Origin: Pseudomonadota bacterium
GTDB lineage: Bacteria; Bdellovibrionota_G; JALEGL01; DATDPG01
Direction of reading: 5' to 3'
Assembly: GCA_043804515.1 (NCBI GenBank)
Contig: JAZDIZ010000134.1
Coordinates: forward strand, 1 to 11,764
DNA length: 11,764 nt
The notes below the pieces were generated by a model. The model was given only the letters and a program-made list of their open reading frames with translations, searched no databases and was not told the DNA's origin. A program made the translations under genes and the position numbers. This document shows positions 1-8,529 of this stretch, one piece after another. The number at the start of each line of letters is the position of its first letter. Positions within the stretch are counted from its first letter, which is position 1.

Positions 1-127
1 CCCGACCGATTGTGTATAATGCGGATGAAAATCCGGCCCGCCCGCGAATTGCGCGATCAATCCGGTTACTACGTGCAAAACCACTTTTCCTTTGAGGGTT
101 TCGTGATTGAGAATTTCGCCCACCGCA

Positions 128-157
128 GGATCGCCGCGCACGCGCACAAAGCGATCC
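128..157. repeat. 7-bp inverted repeat downstream of the glt operon
   Basis: GGATCGC (128-134) and GCGATCC (151-157) with a 16-nt spacer. There is no U-tract on either strand. Confidence 0.35.
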
Positions 158-221
158 GAGCCACGGAGCGAAGGCAACGGCCCACCCCGCCTCAGGCATC
201 AAGTATCGTGAATAATGTGCG

Positions 222-797
222 CTAGAACGTGTATTTCAGCCCGGCCGCGACGATAAAGTCTTTCACCGGCAGATCCATCCACGTGTACGTCGCCTTCATG
301 TACAGCGAGTAATGGCGAAGGTACGTGTAATATTCAAACCCTCCCGCGAGGAGGATATCGAGTTTCTTGCTCTCGCCCGCTATCCAAGAAGGCCTGCTGT
401 ACGTGATTCCCGGGCCGGCCTCGATGAACGGATAGAAGCGGTCCAAGGGAAGCTGCAGCTTGCCGCACGCGTTGAACGAGAAGTTCATCGTGCTTCCTTG
501 AAGGAGCGGGTCGAGCGGATCCGCCTGCGTGATGGCGAGGTTGTAAACCCCTTCCAGACCGAAATACTTCATCAGGTCGTATCCGGTCGTGAATGCCAAA
601 TTGAATCCCGGGTTGGTGGCGCTCTGTTTTTCCCCCGTCAGAAACATCAGGCCGAAGTCGAAACCGACCGAAAAGCCGCGCTCGATCTTATCGGGGAGCC
701 TTTTGAACTCCCCGAAGATGCTGTCGGCCCGAACCGAAGTGACCGAAAGACCGATCGCCGCCGCTACCCCACACGCAATGACGTGGCCGCGTCTCAT
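222..797 (-). CDS. gltH: Outer-membrane beta-barrel protein, GltH/CglE (NfsH)-like
   Basis: Likely start is ATG at 797 (MRRGHVIACGVAAAIGLSVTSVRA, signal-peptide-like), 1 nt after the upstream TGA. The track's 845 start overlaps gltG. The protein has amphipathic beta strands, the motifs IERGF and GGFEYYTYLRHYS recalled from the CglE family, and a C-terminal beta-signal GLKYTF. It lies directly after gltG, as in the gltD-H and nfsD-H clusters. Confidence 0.8.
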   Translation of the reverse strand: MRRGHVIACGVAAAIGLSVTSVRADSIFGEFKRLPDKIERGFSVGFDFGLMFLTGEKQSATNPGFNLAFTTGYDLMKYFGLEGVYNLAITQADPLDPLLQGSTMNFSFNACGKLQLPLDRFYPFIEAGPGITYSRPSWIAGESKKLDILLAGGFEYYTYLRHYSLYMKATYTWMDLPVKDFIVAAGLKYTF

Positions 798-798
798 G

Positions 799-2247
799 TC
801 AGCCCGCCACTCGGAAGCTGAAAGGATAGGAAACCTCGACCACACCTCCGCCCGGTTTCGGGAAGATCAGCCGGCGGATGACGTCCAAGACGCAATTTTC
901 CACCGGGGGGCTTCCCATCGTGGACCTTTTCACGCGGGTGCTCGTGACACGGCCCTCCAGGCCGATCACGAAGTCCGTCGTGATTTTTCCGCGCAAACTG
1001 GGCTGGACCTGTAGTTGCCGCTGATAGCAATAACGGATGGCGCCCATATGGTCCTCGATGATCTTGCCGATCACCTCTTTGGGGATGTTGCCCATGATGA
1101 AGACCTCTTCCTCGTCGATCGAGGCCGAAACCAGCGTATCGCTCCGGCCTGTGCCGAAGTCCGCCAGGCCCGTCCCCTTTGCACCGCCTCCCTTTCCCTT
1201 GGTACCGAGGCCCTGGCCGATCGACTCCGTGCGACCTCCTCCGCCGGTTCCGCTGCCTTGGAGGCCTTTTCCTGAGCGAAGATCCCGCTCGCCCGGAAGG
1301 CCGTAGCGGGCGGCGCGGTCGAACGCGTGATTGATGTCTCCGGGAATCCCGGAACCCCCGCCGATCAGCGAATTCAGGTAATTGTTATGTCCGCCTCGAG
1401 TGAAGACGTCCAGGACGCCGGTCCGAGTGATGTCCTTGGACGAGACCCGCCGTCCCGCGCCGGGAACGCCACGTCCCCGCCGTCCCTCCGCACCGGGAGC
1501 CCGCTCCCCTTCGCCCTCTTGGCCCACGGGGCCCGCCTTCAAACCGGTAGCCATGATCCCTTTGGGCACGTACGGCTTGATCTGTTGCGGCTGGATGATG
1601 ATCTTCCGGAACGGTTCGGGAAGTTGTTCCAACGTGATTTCCTGGGGATTGACCGGCCACACATGGATCATCATGAGCAACATCAGGTGAAGGAGGAGCG
1701 ACAGGCCGAACCATCGGGCGAAATAAGGGTCGGCCATGTTCTTGAAGATGGCCACCGGGGGAACCCTTTCCGGGTCCGGGATTTCCTCGAAATAGATCAG
1801 GACGGTTCCCTGTTCGATGCAGCCGCGGGAACCCGTTTTCAGCGCGATGATGTTCAGGGGCTTCGCCGGGCCCTCCATGAAATCCGAGAGCGTCTTGAGC
1901 CGATCCTCGGCCTGGATTACGCCCGAGAAGTGCTTGTTCAGCGTGAGCCGGATCGAGTTGTCGGTCCTGTATTCGATCAGGGGGTGGAGTTCCGGAAGGT
2001 CCTTGGTCGGGATGCGGAACGTGTTCTTCTTCCCTGCGCCCACCGTGATTTCGGTGCCCGGCGCGAAGAACTTGTCTTCGATCACCCAACCGTAGCATTG
2101 CACCACGACGCGAAGAACTTTGCTCTTGAACTCGGGCGCCGCCTTCTTTTGAGCCGATCTGGCGCGGAACGCCACGACCAGTTTATGGGCGTCGTAATAA
2201 AGTTCCGAATTGGGATCCGAGGGTAGCTTGATCTGAGGTGTCGCCAT
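799..2247 (-). CDS. gltG: GltG/PglI (NfsG)-like TonB/TolA-type inner-membrane energy transducer with AgmX/PglI C-terminal domain
   Basis: 482 aa, with GAGG 9 nt before the ATG. It has an N-terminal beta-rich FHA-like region, one TM helix (FARWFGLSLLLHLMLLMMIHVW) containing S-x3-H, and a Gly-rich linker. The C-terminal TonB_C-like domain reads IRYCYQRQLQVQPSLRGKI...CVLDVIRRLIFPKPGGGVVEVSYPFSF. Confidence 0.88.
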   Translation of the reverse strand: MATPQIKLPSDPNSELYYDAHKLVVAFRARSAQKKAAPEFKSKVLRVVVQCYGWVIEDKFFAPGTEITVGAGKKNTFRIPTKDLPELHPLIEYRTDNSIRLTLNKHFSGVIQAEDRLKTLSDFMEGPAKPLNIIALKTGSRGCIEQGTVLIYFEEIPDPERVPPVAIFKNMADPYFARWFGLSLLLHLMLLMMIHVWPVNPQEITLEQLPEPFRKIIIQPQQIKPYVPKGIMATGLKAGPVGQEGEGERAPGAEGRRGRGVPGAGRRVSSKDITRTGVLDVFTRGGHNNYLNSLIGGGSGIPGDINHAFDRAARYGLPGERDLRSGKGLQGSGTGGGGRTESIGQGLGTKGKGGGAKGTGLADFGTGRSDTLVSASIDEEEVFIMGNIPKEVIGKIIEDHMGAIRYCYQRQLQVQPSLRGKITTDFVIGLEGRVTSTRVKRSTMGSPPVENCVLDVIRRLIFPKPGGGVVEVSYPFSFRVAG

Positions 2248-2261
2248 GATTCACGCCTCTC

Positions 2262-2549
2262 TTAAAATTCATCCACCGAACGAATGATCTGAGGGACGAA
2301 ACTTTCGTCCAGATCCAGGAGCCTCCGGAAACGGGCATCCGGCGCCTCCACTACCGATTGTTGCTCCGGCCTTTTCAGCCGTCCCGTGAGGTCCACTTCG
2401 TCGAAATCATATACCGTCTTGCCGGCCCGTATGATTCTCTGCTTCTTTCCCGAGGACGGGGCGGTCTTTTCCTGCGCCCATCCGGGACTTGAGGAAACCA
2501 AAAACCCCGCCAGGAACGCCAGCGCGATTATGCCTTTTTTCGATCTCAT
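2262..2549 (-). CDS. gltF: Small exported protein, GltF/CglF (NfsF)-like
   Basis: 95 aa with a signal peptide (..SSPGWA|QE). The motif KTVYDFDEVDLTGRLKRPE...FRRLLDLDESFVPQIIRSVDEF matches the recalled GltF pattern (DF.D..v.G.L.KPE...F..L....F.P....S). It has a GGAGG RBS and an ATGA overlap with the gltE stop. Confidence 0.85.
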   Translation of the reverse strand: MRSKKGIIALAFLAGFLVSSSPGWAQEKTAPSSGKKQRIIRAGKTVYDFDEVDLTGRLKRPEQQSVVEAPDARFRRLLDLDESFVPQIIRSVDEF

Positions 2550-3838
2550 TTCTTCACGCCTCCTTGGGCCGGATTTTGAGCGGGCTGTGGCTTGGCGGGA
2601 GCCGGGGCCGCCGGCTTCGCTGGGACCGCTTGAGCAGGCGCCTTTCCTGAAGGCGCCGACCCGGCGGGCTTTGCCTGCGGCTGGGCCTGTCGCTGCTGCT
2701 CGGCCAGGCGCTCCTTATCTTGCTTTCGCTTCATCTGTTCCAACTGCTTCACGTAGCCGAAGACGGGATCTTTGGCGGGAAGTTCTCCGGATCCGACGGC
2801 CAGGTATCTTTTGAAAGCCCGTAGAGCGCAGTCCACGTCATTAAGTTCGCTCTGACAGAGCATGCCGAGGTTAAAGAGGGCGTTCTTGTTGTCCGAGTCC
2901 ATTTCCACGACATTCGTGAACGCCCGTTTGGCCTCGTCCCCCCTGTGGATCGCCATGTACGCGACCCCGGCATTCATGTTGGCCTGGAGGTTCAGCGGAT
3001 CGACGCTAAGAACATCCTGATAGGCCTGCGCGGCCGCCTGGTAGTTGCCGTGCTTGAGATAAAGGTCTCCCAGGTTGAGCCTCGGTTCGACCAATTTTGA
3101 GTTCAGGTCGGCCGATTTTTTGAATTCGTTGATGGCGTTCTTGGGCATTTCCAGAGCGAGGTAGGTCAATCCCAGGTTGTTGTAGGTCTCGCCCGTGGTG
3201 GAGTTGATTTTCTTCCCCTTTTGGAACGTAAGCTCCGCCAGCTCGTTGCGCCCCGTTTCCAGGTAGATGAGGCCCAGGTTGTTGATGGCGTAAATGTTGG
3301 TCTTGTCCTCGTTCAAGAGCTCCCGAATCAACCGGAAGGCGTTCGTATAATCCTTCTTTTTCCGGTAAGCCGTGGCCAGATCATTCTTGAGGCTCGTATT
3401 CTTGGGGTCCCGCCGGAGCAGCTCCCCAAAGATATCGACGGACTTGTCCGGTTGCCCGGCCTCCATGTTCACCAAGGCCAGCTGAATCATCGGCTCGGCC
3501 TTGTTGGGTTCCACTAGAGAAGCGTTTTCAAACGACCGTTGCGCTTGAGTGAGTTGTTTAAGCTGCCAATACGCGGCCCCAAGGCGCATGTAGGCGTCGA
3601 AATCCCTCGGGTTGTCCTGCGTATCCGCCAGATCCGACTCGATTTGCTTGCGGAAATCCGCCGGCGTCCGCGCCGTTACCACATTTGTGGAGACGAATTC
3701 GGCCGGAGCGGAGGCCGACGGTTGAGGCATGGCCTGCTTTTGCGCCACATCCCCTTTGGCCGGCTGCTTCACGGATTGGGAGACCGCGCAACCCGCGGCG
3801 ATCCAAACGAAAGCCAGGACCCAGAATCTCGATTTCAT
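2546..3838 (-). CDS. gltE: TPR-repeat lipoprotein, GltE/AglT (NfsE)-like
   Basis: Likely start is ATG 3838 (ATGA overlap with the gltD stop), giving 430 aa. Signal peptide with lipobox-like end MKSRFWVLAFVWIAAG|C. Multiple TPRs are visible (e.g. AINNLGLIY, TYNNLGLTY, PRLNLGDLY, ALFNLGML), followed by a Pro/Ala-rich tail. It sits between gltD and gltF. Confidence 0.8.
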   Translation of the reverse strand: MKSRFWVLAFVWIAAGCAVSQSVKQPAKGDVAQKQAMPQPSASAPAEFVSTNVVTARTPADFRKQIESDLADTQDNPRDFDAYMRLGAAYWQLKQLTQAQRSFENASLVEPNKAEPMIQLALVNMEAGQPDKSVDIFGELLRRDPKNTSLKNDLATAYRKKKDYTNAFRLIRELLNEDKTNIYAINNLGLIYLETGRNELAELTFQKGKKINSTTGETYNNLGLTYLALEMPKNAINEFKKSADLNSKLVEPRLNLGDLYLKHGNYQAAAQAYQDVLSVDPLNLQANMNAGVAYMAIHRGDEAKRAFTNVVEMDSDNKNALFNLGMLCQSELNDVDCALRAFKRYLAVGSGELPAKDPVFGYVKQLEQMKRKQDKERLAEQQRQAQPQAKPAGSAPSGKAPAQAVPAKPAAPAPAKPQPAQNPAQGGVKK

Positions 3839-6800
3839 AACTGCCCCGCCTTGGCTGAAGGTTTGTACGGAGCCAGCGGCTCGCTGACGTGGTTCGCGTA
3901 CATGGAACGCCCCCTCATGGGAGGATACTTGTCGGACTTGTACTCCGTCAGCCGATCGTGAGCTTTCTTGGCCCACTCATTGTAAACCTCGAGTTCCACG
4001 GCCTTGTTGAAGGCCGTCTCATACGCCTCCGCGGCCTTGGCCTCGATGGGGGCGGCTCGGTTCTGCAGCTCCTGCTGGTACGTCTGCAGTTCCTCCGGAG
4101 TGAGCCCCTTGGGAACGGGAGCGTTGAACAGGGCCTGCGCGAAGTTCTGATAGAGAACCCCGATCTGATAGAGGGCGCCCACGCCCATCTCCGCGTCTCC
4201 GTAATTGATGATCTCCAGGTAGCGGTCCTTGATCTTGGCCAGCAACCGGGCCTTCTGCTCGATCGCAGCGGCCAACACCCGTTGCGGCATTCTCAAGCGG
4301 ATAGCCATGTACTCATCCATGTCCTTCTTTAACAGCTCGAACCTGGACTTCGCGGCGTATCGGCCGCCGATCGTGCTTCCCTGCTGGCCGGACTCCTGAT
4401 TGTACCGCTTGTAGAACGCGAGGGCGGTCTGATAGGAGCGCGCCGCACCGTCCTCGTTTTTCAGTTTCGCCAACGCGTTGCCCAAGCGGAAATACGCCTC
4501 GATGTTCCGCTCCTTGGTGGAACCCGGGCGCTGCGGGTACGCCTTGAACGTGGCGGCCGTCTCCCTCCAGTCCTTGCGCTTTTCGTACACAAGGCCCGTC
4601 GAGAAGAAGATCTCCGATGCGTCCTTCGCCTTGGGGTACTTCTCCAGGTACGTCCGGTAGTCCTCCAACGCCTTGTCGTAATGTCTCAAATTTTCCCGGT
4701 ACAGGCCGGCGTTGAAGAGCGAGTCGGGCGCCAACGGCGATTTCGGATCCTTCGTGGCCAAGAGCTCGTAGTAATAAGCCGCATGCACGTAATCCAGATT
4801 GTCGTCGAAGTGGCTCGCCAATGCGGCCATCATTTTGGGCACCAGCTCCGAGTTCGGGAAACGCGCGAGGAACGCTTGAGCGGTCTGCATGGCCTTTTCC
4901 GCCTCGTCGGCATTGATGTAATCGATTGCGGCATTGTACATGGCCTTGTCCGCGAATTCCGACGTGGGATACTTCGTGGTCAGCCGCATGTACGTATCCG
5001 CCGCCTCCCGGTACTTCTTCTTCTCCTCCATGTCCTTGGCGCGCTGGAAGATGGAACCCTGGATCAGCTTGAGCAAGAGGGCGCGGTTGTCGGCCGTCGC
5101 GAATTTTGGATCCGCCAGAAACTGGCTGGCGGTTTTTTCCAGACTCTCCCAATCCTTATGGATGTTCAGAATGTCCAGCACGAGGTGGCGCGACGTGGAC
5201 GAGGCGCTGCTGTCCGGATACGTGTTGATGATCCCCCAGAACCCCTTCTGGGCCCTGTCGAACTGGTTGTAGTTGTAATAGATCTGAGAACGGTGAAGCA
5301 GCGTGTCCGGCACCTTGGGGTCTTTCGGAAACGCCCGGACGTACGCTTCATCCGCTTCTACGAGCAGCTGGGCGTATCCTGAGAGCGGGATGGGATCGAA
5401 CTTCCCTTTCTGTTTGATCCCTTTGGCTTCGATGTCCTTGAAGTAGGCCTCCTCCAAGCGGCTCAGAGCGTCGATCTGGCCCAAGAGAGCCTCTTTATGC
5501 CGCTTTCCTTTCGACCCGGATTTGGCCACCAATTCGTATTCCTTGGCCGCCTCCGCGTAGTTCTTCTCCTTGAAGAGAAGTTCGGCGTAGAGGAAGCGCA
5601 TCTCGTACGCGTTCTTGTTGTCGCCGAATTGGTCCAGATACTTCTTGTAGAACACCAGGGCCGTCCGCATGTATTCGGCGGATTTATGGGGCTCCATGCG
5701 GGCCGTTTGCTGAGCCAGTTCGTGATATTTCTTCGGCAGGAAGCGGGCGTATACCTCCGCGCGCTCCAAGGCGTATTCGCGCGCGTCCGAATCCGTGACC
5801 TGTTTGAACCAAAGCGAATTCCGGTCATAGCTCACCACGAAAACCTGCATTTCCCGCATGGCCTTGTCCAACTGCTGGCTCTTCTCGTAGCACTCCACGA
5901 GGCGGGAATGGTTCTTGGGCGTGTTTTCCGCATACGGCCGAGCCGCAATCAAGCGCCGGATGGTTTCGATCGCCTTGTCGTAACGGGCCTGGGAGAAGTA
6001 CGTTTCCGAGAGTTTCTCCAGGACTTTGAGCGCGTAATCCGGCTCCCCGATCGACACGAAGTACTGCTGCGCCTCTTCGATGAGCCCCAAATCCGCATAG
6101 AAGACGACGAGGTCCTTGAGAGCTTCTTCCCTAAGCTCGATCTCGTTTTGGACCCCTTTGGACGACTTGACAACCTCCTGCATCACCGTGTTCGCGGCGC
6201 GGACTTTCCCCTGATTGTAGTAACACCACCCGAGTTGATAGAGCGCGAAGTTGTAGAGCTTGCTGGGCTCGCGAAGGATCATTTTGTAGTCGTCGACGGC
6301 TTTGTCCAGCTGGCGATGCTGGAAGTGGTAGTCCCCCAGCTGCATATAGGAGTCCAACCGGTAATGGCTCTTCGGGTAGTCGTGGATCACCCGCAGGTAA
6401 TATTTGTCCACGTCTTTCGAGCCGACGTCCTGACCGTAAAATCCCGCACGGAAGAGCACCTCGTCCAAGCGGTCGTATTTGGGGGAGGTCGCAACAATGT
6501 TTTCAAAGAGCTTGAACGCCCTTACGGGAGTGAACTTGGGTTCTTTCGGGACGGTCTTGGTCTTACCCTTCGTGAACAGGTCCATTTGCTGTTGGTAAGC
6601 CACCATCTGCCGGAAATAGATCGCCTTGTCGTAGAGCAGATAGTCCTCGGCGATGCGGTAGAGGATGTCGGCTTTGGCGTTGGGATCCTTTCGGGTCAGG
6701 GCCAGCCGGTTCAGGATCTGGATCTCCTCCCGAAGCTTGCTGACATACGCCTGATCCACCTGCGCCTGAGGCATCGAGAAGGCTTCGAACCTTTGGAATG

Positions 6801-6909
6801 TGCGCGGAGCGGCCGATCCGGCAGCCGGCGGAGCGCCGTTTCCCTGCGCTGAAGCCAACGCGACCGGGGCCAAGACGAAAGCTGTCCACAACAAGGATCG
6901 AAACTTCAT
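3835..6909 (-). CDS. gltD: Large periplasmic TPR protein, GltD/AgmU (NfsD)-like
   Basis: Likely start is ATG 6909 (ATGA overlap with the gltC stop), giving 1024 aa with signal peptide MKFRSLLWTAFVLAPVALASA. It has many TPR/BamD-like repeats (YPKS, YPDS, YPTS, FPNS turns). The C-terminus ..FAQALFNAPVPKGLTPEELQTYQQELQNRAAPIEAKAAEAY..YNEW is typical of GltD/AgmU as recalled. Confidence 0.85.
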   Translation of the reverse strand: MKFRSLLWTAFVLAPVALASAQGNGAPPAAGSAAPRTFQRFEAFSMPQAQVDQAYVSKLREEIQILNRLALTRKDPNAKADILYRIAEDYLLYDKAIYFRQMVAYQQQMDLFTKGKTKTVPKEPKFTPVRAFKLFENIVATSPKYDRLDEVLFRAGFYGQDVGSKDVDKYYLRVIHDYPKSHYRLDSYMQLGDYHFQHRQLDKAVDDYKMILREPSKLYNFALYQLGWCYYNQGKVRAANTVMQEVVKSSKGVQNEIELREEALKDLVVFYADLGLIEEAQQYFVSIGEPDYALKVLEKLSETYFSQARYDKAIETIRRLIAARPYAENTPKNHSRLVECYEKSQQLDKAMREMQVFVVSYDRNSLWFKQVTDSDAREYALERAEVYARFLPKKYHELAQQTARMEPHKSAEYMRTALVFYKKYLDQFGDNKNAYEMRFLYAELLFKEKNYAEAAKEYELVAKSGSKGKRHKEALLGQIDALSRLEEAYFKDIEAKGIKQKGKFDPIPLSGYAQLLVEADEAYVRAFPKDPKVPDTLLHRSQIYYNYNQFDRAQKGFWGIINTYPDSSASSTSRHLVLDILNIHKDWESLEKTASQFLADPKFATADNRALLLKLIQGSIFQRAKDMEEKKKYREAADTYMRLTTKYPTSEFADKAMYNAAIDYINADEAEKAMQTAQAFLARFPNSELVPKMMAALASHFDDNLDYVHAAYYYELLATKDPKSPLAPDSLFNAGLYRENLRHYDKALEDYRTYLEKYPKAKDASEIFFSTGLVYEKRKDWRETAATFKAYPQRPGSTKERNIEAYFRLGNALAKLKNEDGAARSYQTALAFYKRYNQESGQQGSTIGGRYAAKSRFELLKKDMDEYMAIRLRMPQRVLAAAIEQKARLLAKIKDRYLEIINYGDAEMGVGALYQIGVLYQNFAQALFNAPVPKGLTPEELQTYQQELQNRAAPIEAKAAEAYETAFNKAVELEVYNEWAKKAHDRLTEYKSDKYPPMRGRSMYANHVSEPLAPYKPSAKAGQL

Positions 6910-8525
6910 TTGCCGCCTTCCGTTTCCTTGCACCGGGATTTCCGGTCCACCAAATAATAACCCAACTCATCCTTCCAGTATTCGCCGTCGTAATCCCACC
7001 AGACGAGGGTTTCCCTGAGGCTTTCCGTAAACTTGGGCGAGATCAGCTCCTGGCCCGGGATCACCGGGGGAGCCAAACCCAAAGCCCTTTTCTGGAGGAT
7101 CTTCCGCTCGGCGGTGACGATTTCCAGGTGCACTTGGTCCTTCAGTCCCTGGAAATCCTCGATCATCTGGCGCGTCAGGAGGAGCTTCTTTCCCGCCAGA
7201 TAGCTGGCTTTGAGCGTCAGCTCGGAGATTTTCTGATTGATCAGCTGAGTCAGGAGCGCCGAGCGCGAAGAAGGCACCCCTTTAAGGACGTCCTTCTCGT
7301 ACTGCAGGGTCCGGATGTAGCGGTGCACCCCCAGGAAGTCCCGGTTGGCCGCCGCCAGCCTGAAAAGGCTCTCGTAAGCGAATGTCTTTGTCCCATCGGG
7401 GGCCCGTTTCATGCTGCTCAGCAACGGATAGTATTCCTCGGGCGACCGCGCCTGTCCTGCGAACTGATCGATCTCGTCTTTCAGGCCTCCGAAACGGGTC
7501 TCGAGCGTGGAAAGTGTGCCTACGGCTTCTTGGTAATTGCACAGTTCCAGGTCGATCGCCCCTTTGAGGAGATACGATTTGAGGAAATAAATCTGTTCGT
7601 AGAACGGGCTGTTGAGGGATTTCAATACGGCCAGAGCCTCATTGAACCGGTTCAGCTTGAAGAGAGCCCAGGTCGATTCGTAGAGGGCGAGGGGGAAGAA
7701 TTCCCCGTCCCGCTCGACCTTCTTGTAATAGACGATCGAGAGCGGGTAATTGCGCTGCTCGTAGAAAATGCGCCCCAGCGCAAGATTGGCCAACTGGCGG
7801 ATCCGGTGGTCCTCGTAGTACATCACGGGGGAGCGCGCGTTCGAAATCTCCTGGAAGCTCTTCACGGCTGCCCGGAAGTCCTTCTTGATCACTCCGATCG
7901 TTCCCTTGAGGTACAGCGCTGCCAGGTAAAGGCGGTTGATGTGAGGGATGGAGTTCAGGAGCTCCGAGGCTTTGTCGTATTGCTGCCGCTGGTAATGTTC
8001 CTTTGCGATGAAATAGCGGAATTCCTCCCGCAGGGAACGGGGCACCTTCTCGGGCTCGATTGATGAGGACAGAAACAGGATCAGCTGGTCGTCTTTGAGC
8101 TTCTGGGCGATCTTGATCGCCCTCCCCAAGGATTCGTGCGTGTGCAGCCGGAGGGGCTCCTGGCGCACGATGTCCACGAAATACAGAAGCGCGCCGTAGT
8201 CGACCCCCATCTCGTACAGGGCGCACGCGATGTAATACTTGGCATAATTGTACTCGGGGTATTTCGCAAACCGGGTGTCGGTCAGGATCTTGTCGAACTC
8301 CAGGAAGGCTTCGCTTCCTTGGCCCGCCACGAGAAGCCGCCGCCCCTTGGCGAGCCGGTCCACGAGCTCGAAGTACAGGGGGTTGCTTTTGACCAGGTTG
8401 GCGCGTTTCTCGAGGTCTCCGTTGATCCGGCGATCCAACTGGCGGTTGAAATCATAGTTCTTGCCGCCGCAGCTCAAGAAGGCGGCCAGAACCGGGAGAA
8501 GGGCTAGAAGGATCAGGCGGCGCAC
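6906..8525 (-). CDS. gltC: TPR protein, GltC (NfsC)-like; probable lipoprotein
   Basis: 539 aa, GTG start 4 nt after the upstream TAG. It has TPR helices and a C-terminal motif WDYDGEYWKDELGYY...C matching the recalled GltC signature (W.F.GEYW.DELG.Y). The N-terminus MRRLILLALLPVLAAFLS|C resembles a lipoprotein signal. Confidence 0.82.
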   Translation of the reverse strand: MRRLILLALLPVLAAFLSCGGKNYDFNRQLDRRINGDLEKRANLVKSNPLYFELVDRLAKGRRLLVAGQGSEAFLEFDKILTDTRFAKYPEYNYAKYYIACALYEMGVDYGALLYFVDIVRQEPLRLHTHESLGRAIKIAQKLKDDQLILFLSSSIEPEKVPRSLREEFRYFIAKEHYQRQQYDKASELLNSIPHINRLYLAALYLKGTIGVIKKDFRAAVKSFQEISNARSPVMYYEDHRIRQLANLALGRIFYEQRNYPLSIVYYKKVERDGEFFPLALYESTWALFKLNRFNEALAVLKSLNSPFYEQIYFLKSYLLKGAIDLELCNYQEAVGTLSTLETRFGGLKDEIDQFAGQARSPEEYYPLLSSMKRAPDGTKTFAYESLFRLAAANRDFLGVHRYIRTLQYEKDVLKGVPSSRSALLTQLINQKISELTLKASYLAGKKLLLTRQMIEDFQGLKDQVHLEIVTAERKILQKRALGLAPPVIPGQELISPKFTESLRETLVWWDYDGEYWKDELGYYLVDRKSRCKETEGGK

Positions 8526-8529
8526 TGGG

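Noticed and set aside
128..157. Hairpin as intrinsic terminator of the glt operon
   Set aside because: It has a long loop and no U-tract on the minus strand, so it is kept only as an inverted repeat.
10..225. 71-aa plus-strand ORF with nearby TATAAT (15-20); MKIRPARE..HFSF..HAH is faintly pirin-like
   Set aside because: It has no RBS, is far too short for a pirin, has wrong motif spacing, and spans palindromic intergenic DNA. An HMM search would be needed to rescue it.
1327..2226. 299-aa plus-strand ORF and overlapping 237-aa minus-strand alternative-frame ORF
   Set aside because: Both lie inside gltG, which has a clear domain architecture; neither has independent support.
5497..6852. 451-aa plus-strand ORF
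   Set aside because: It is an antisense shadow of gltD caused by GC3 codon bias, and has no recognisable motifs.
6798..8063. 421-aa plus-strand ORF
   Set aside because: It is antisense to gltC/gltD with typical shadow-ORF composition.
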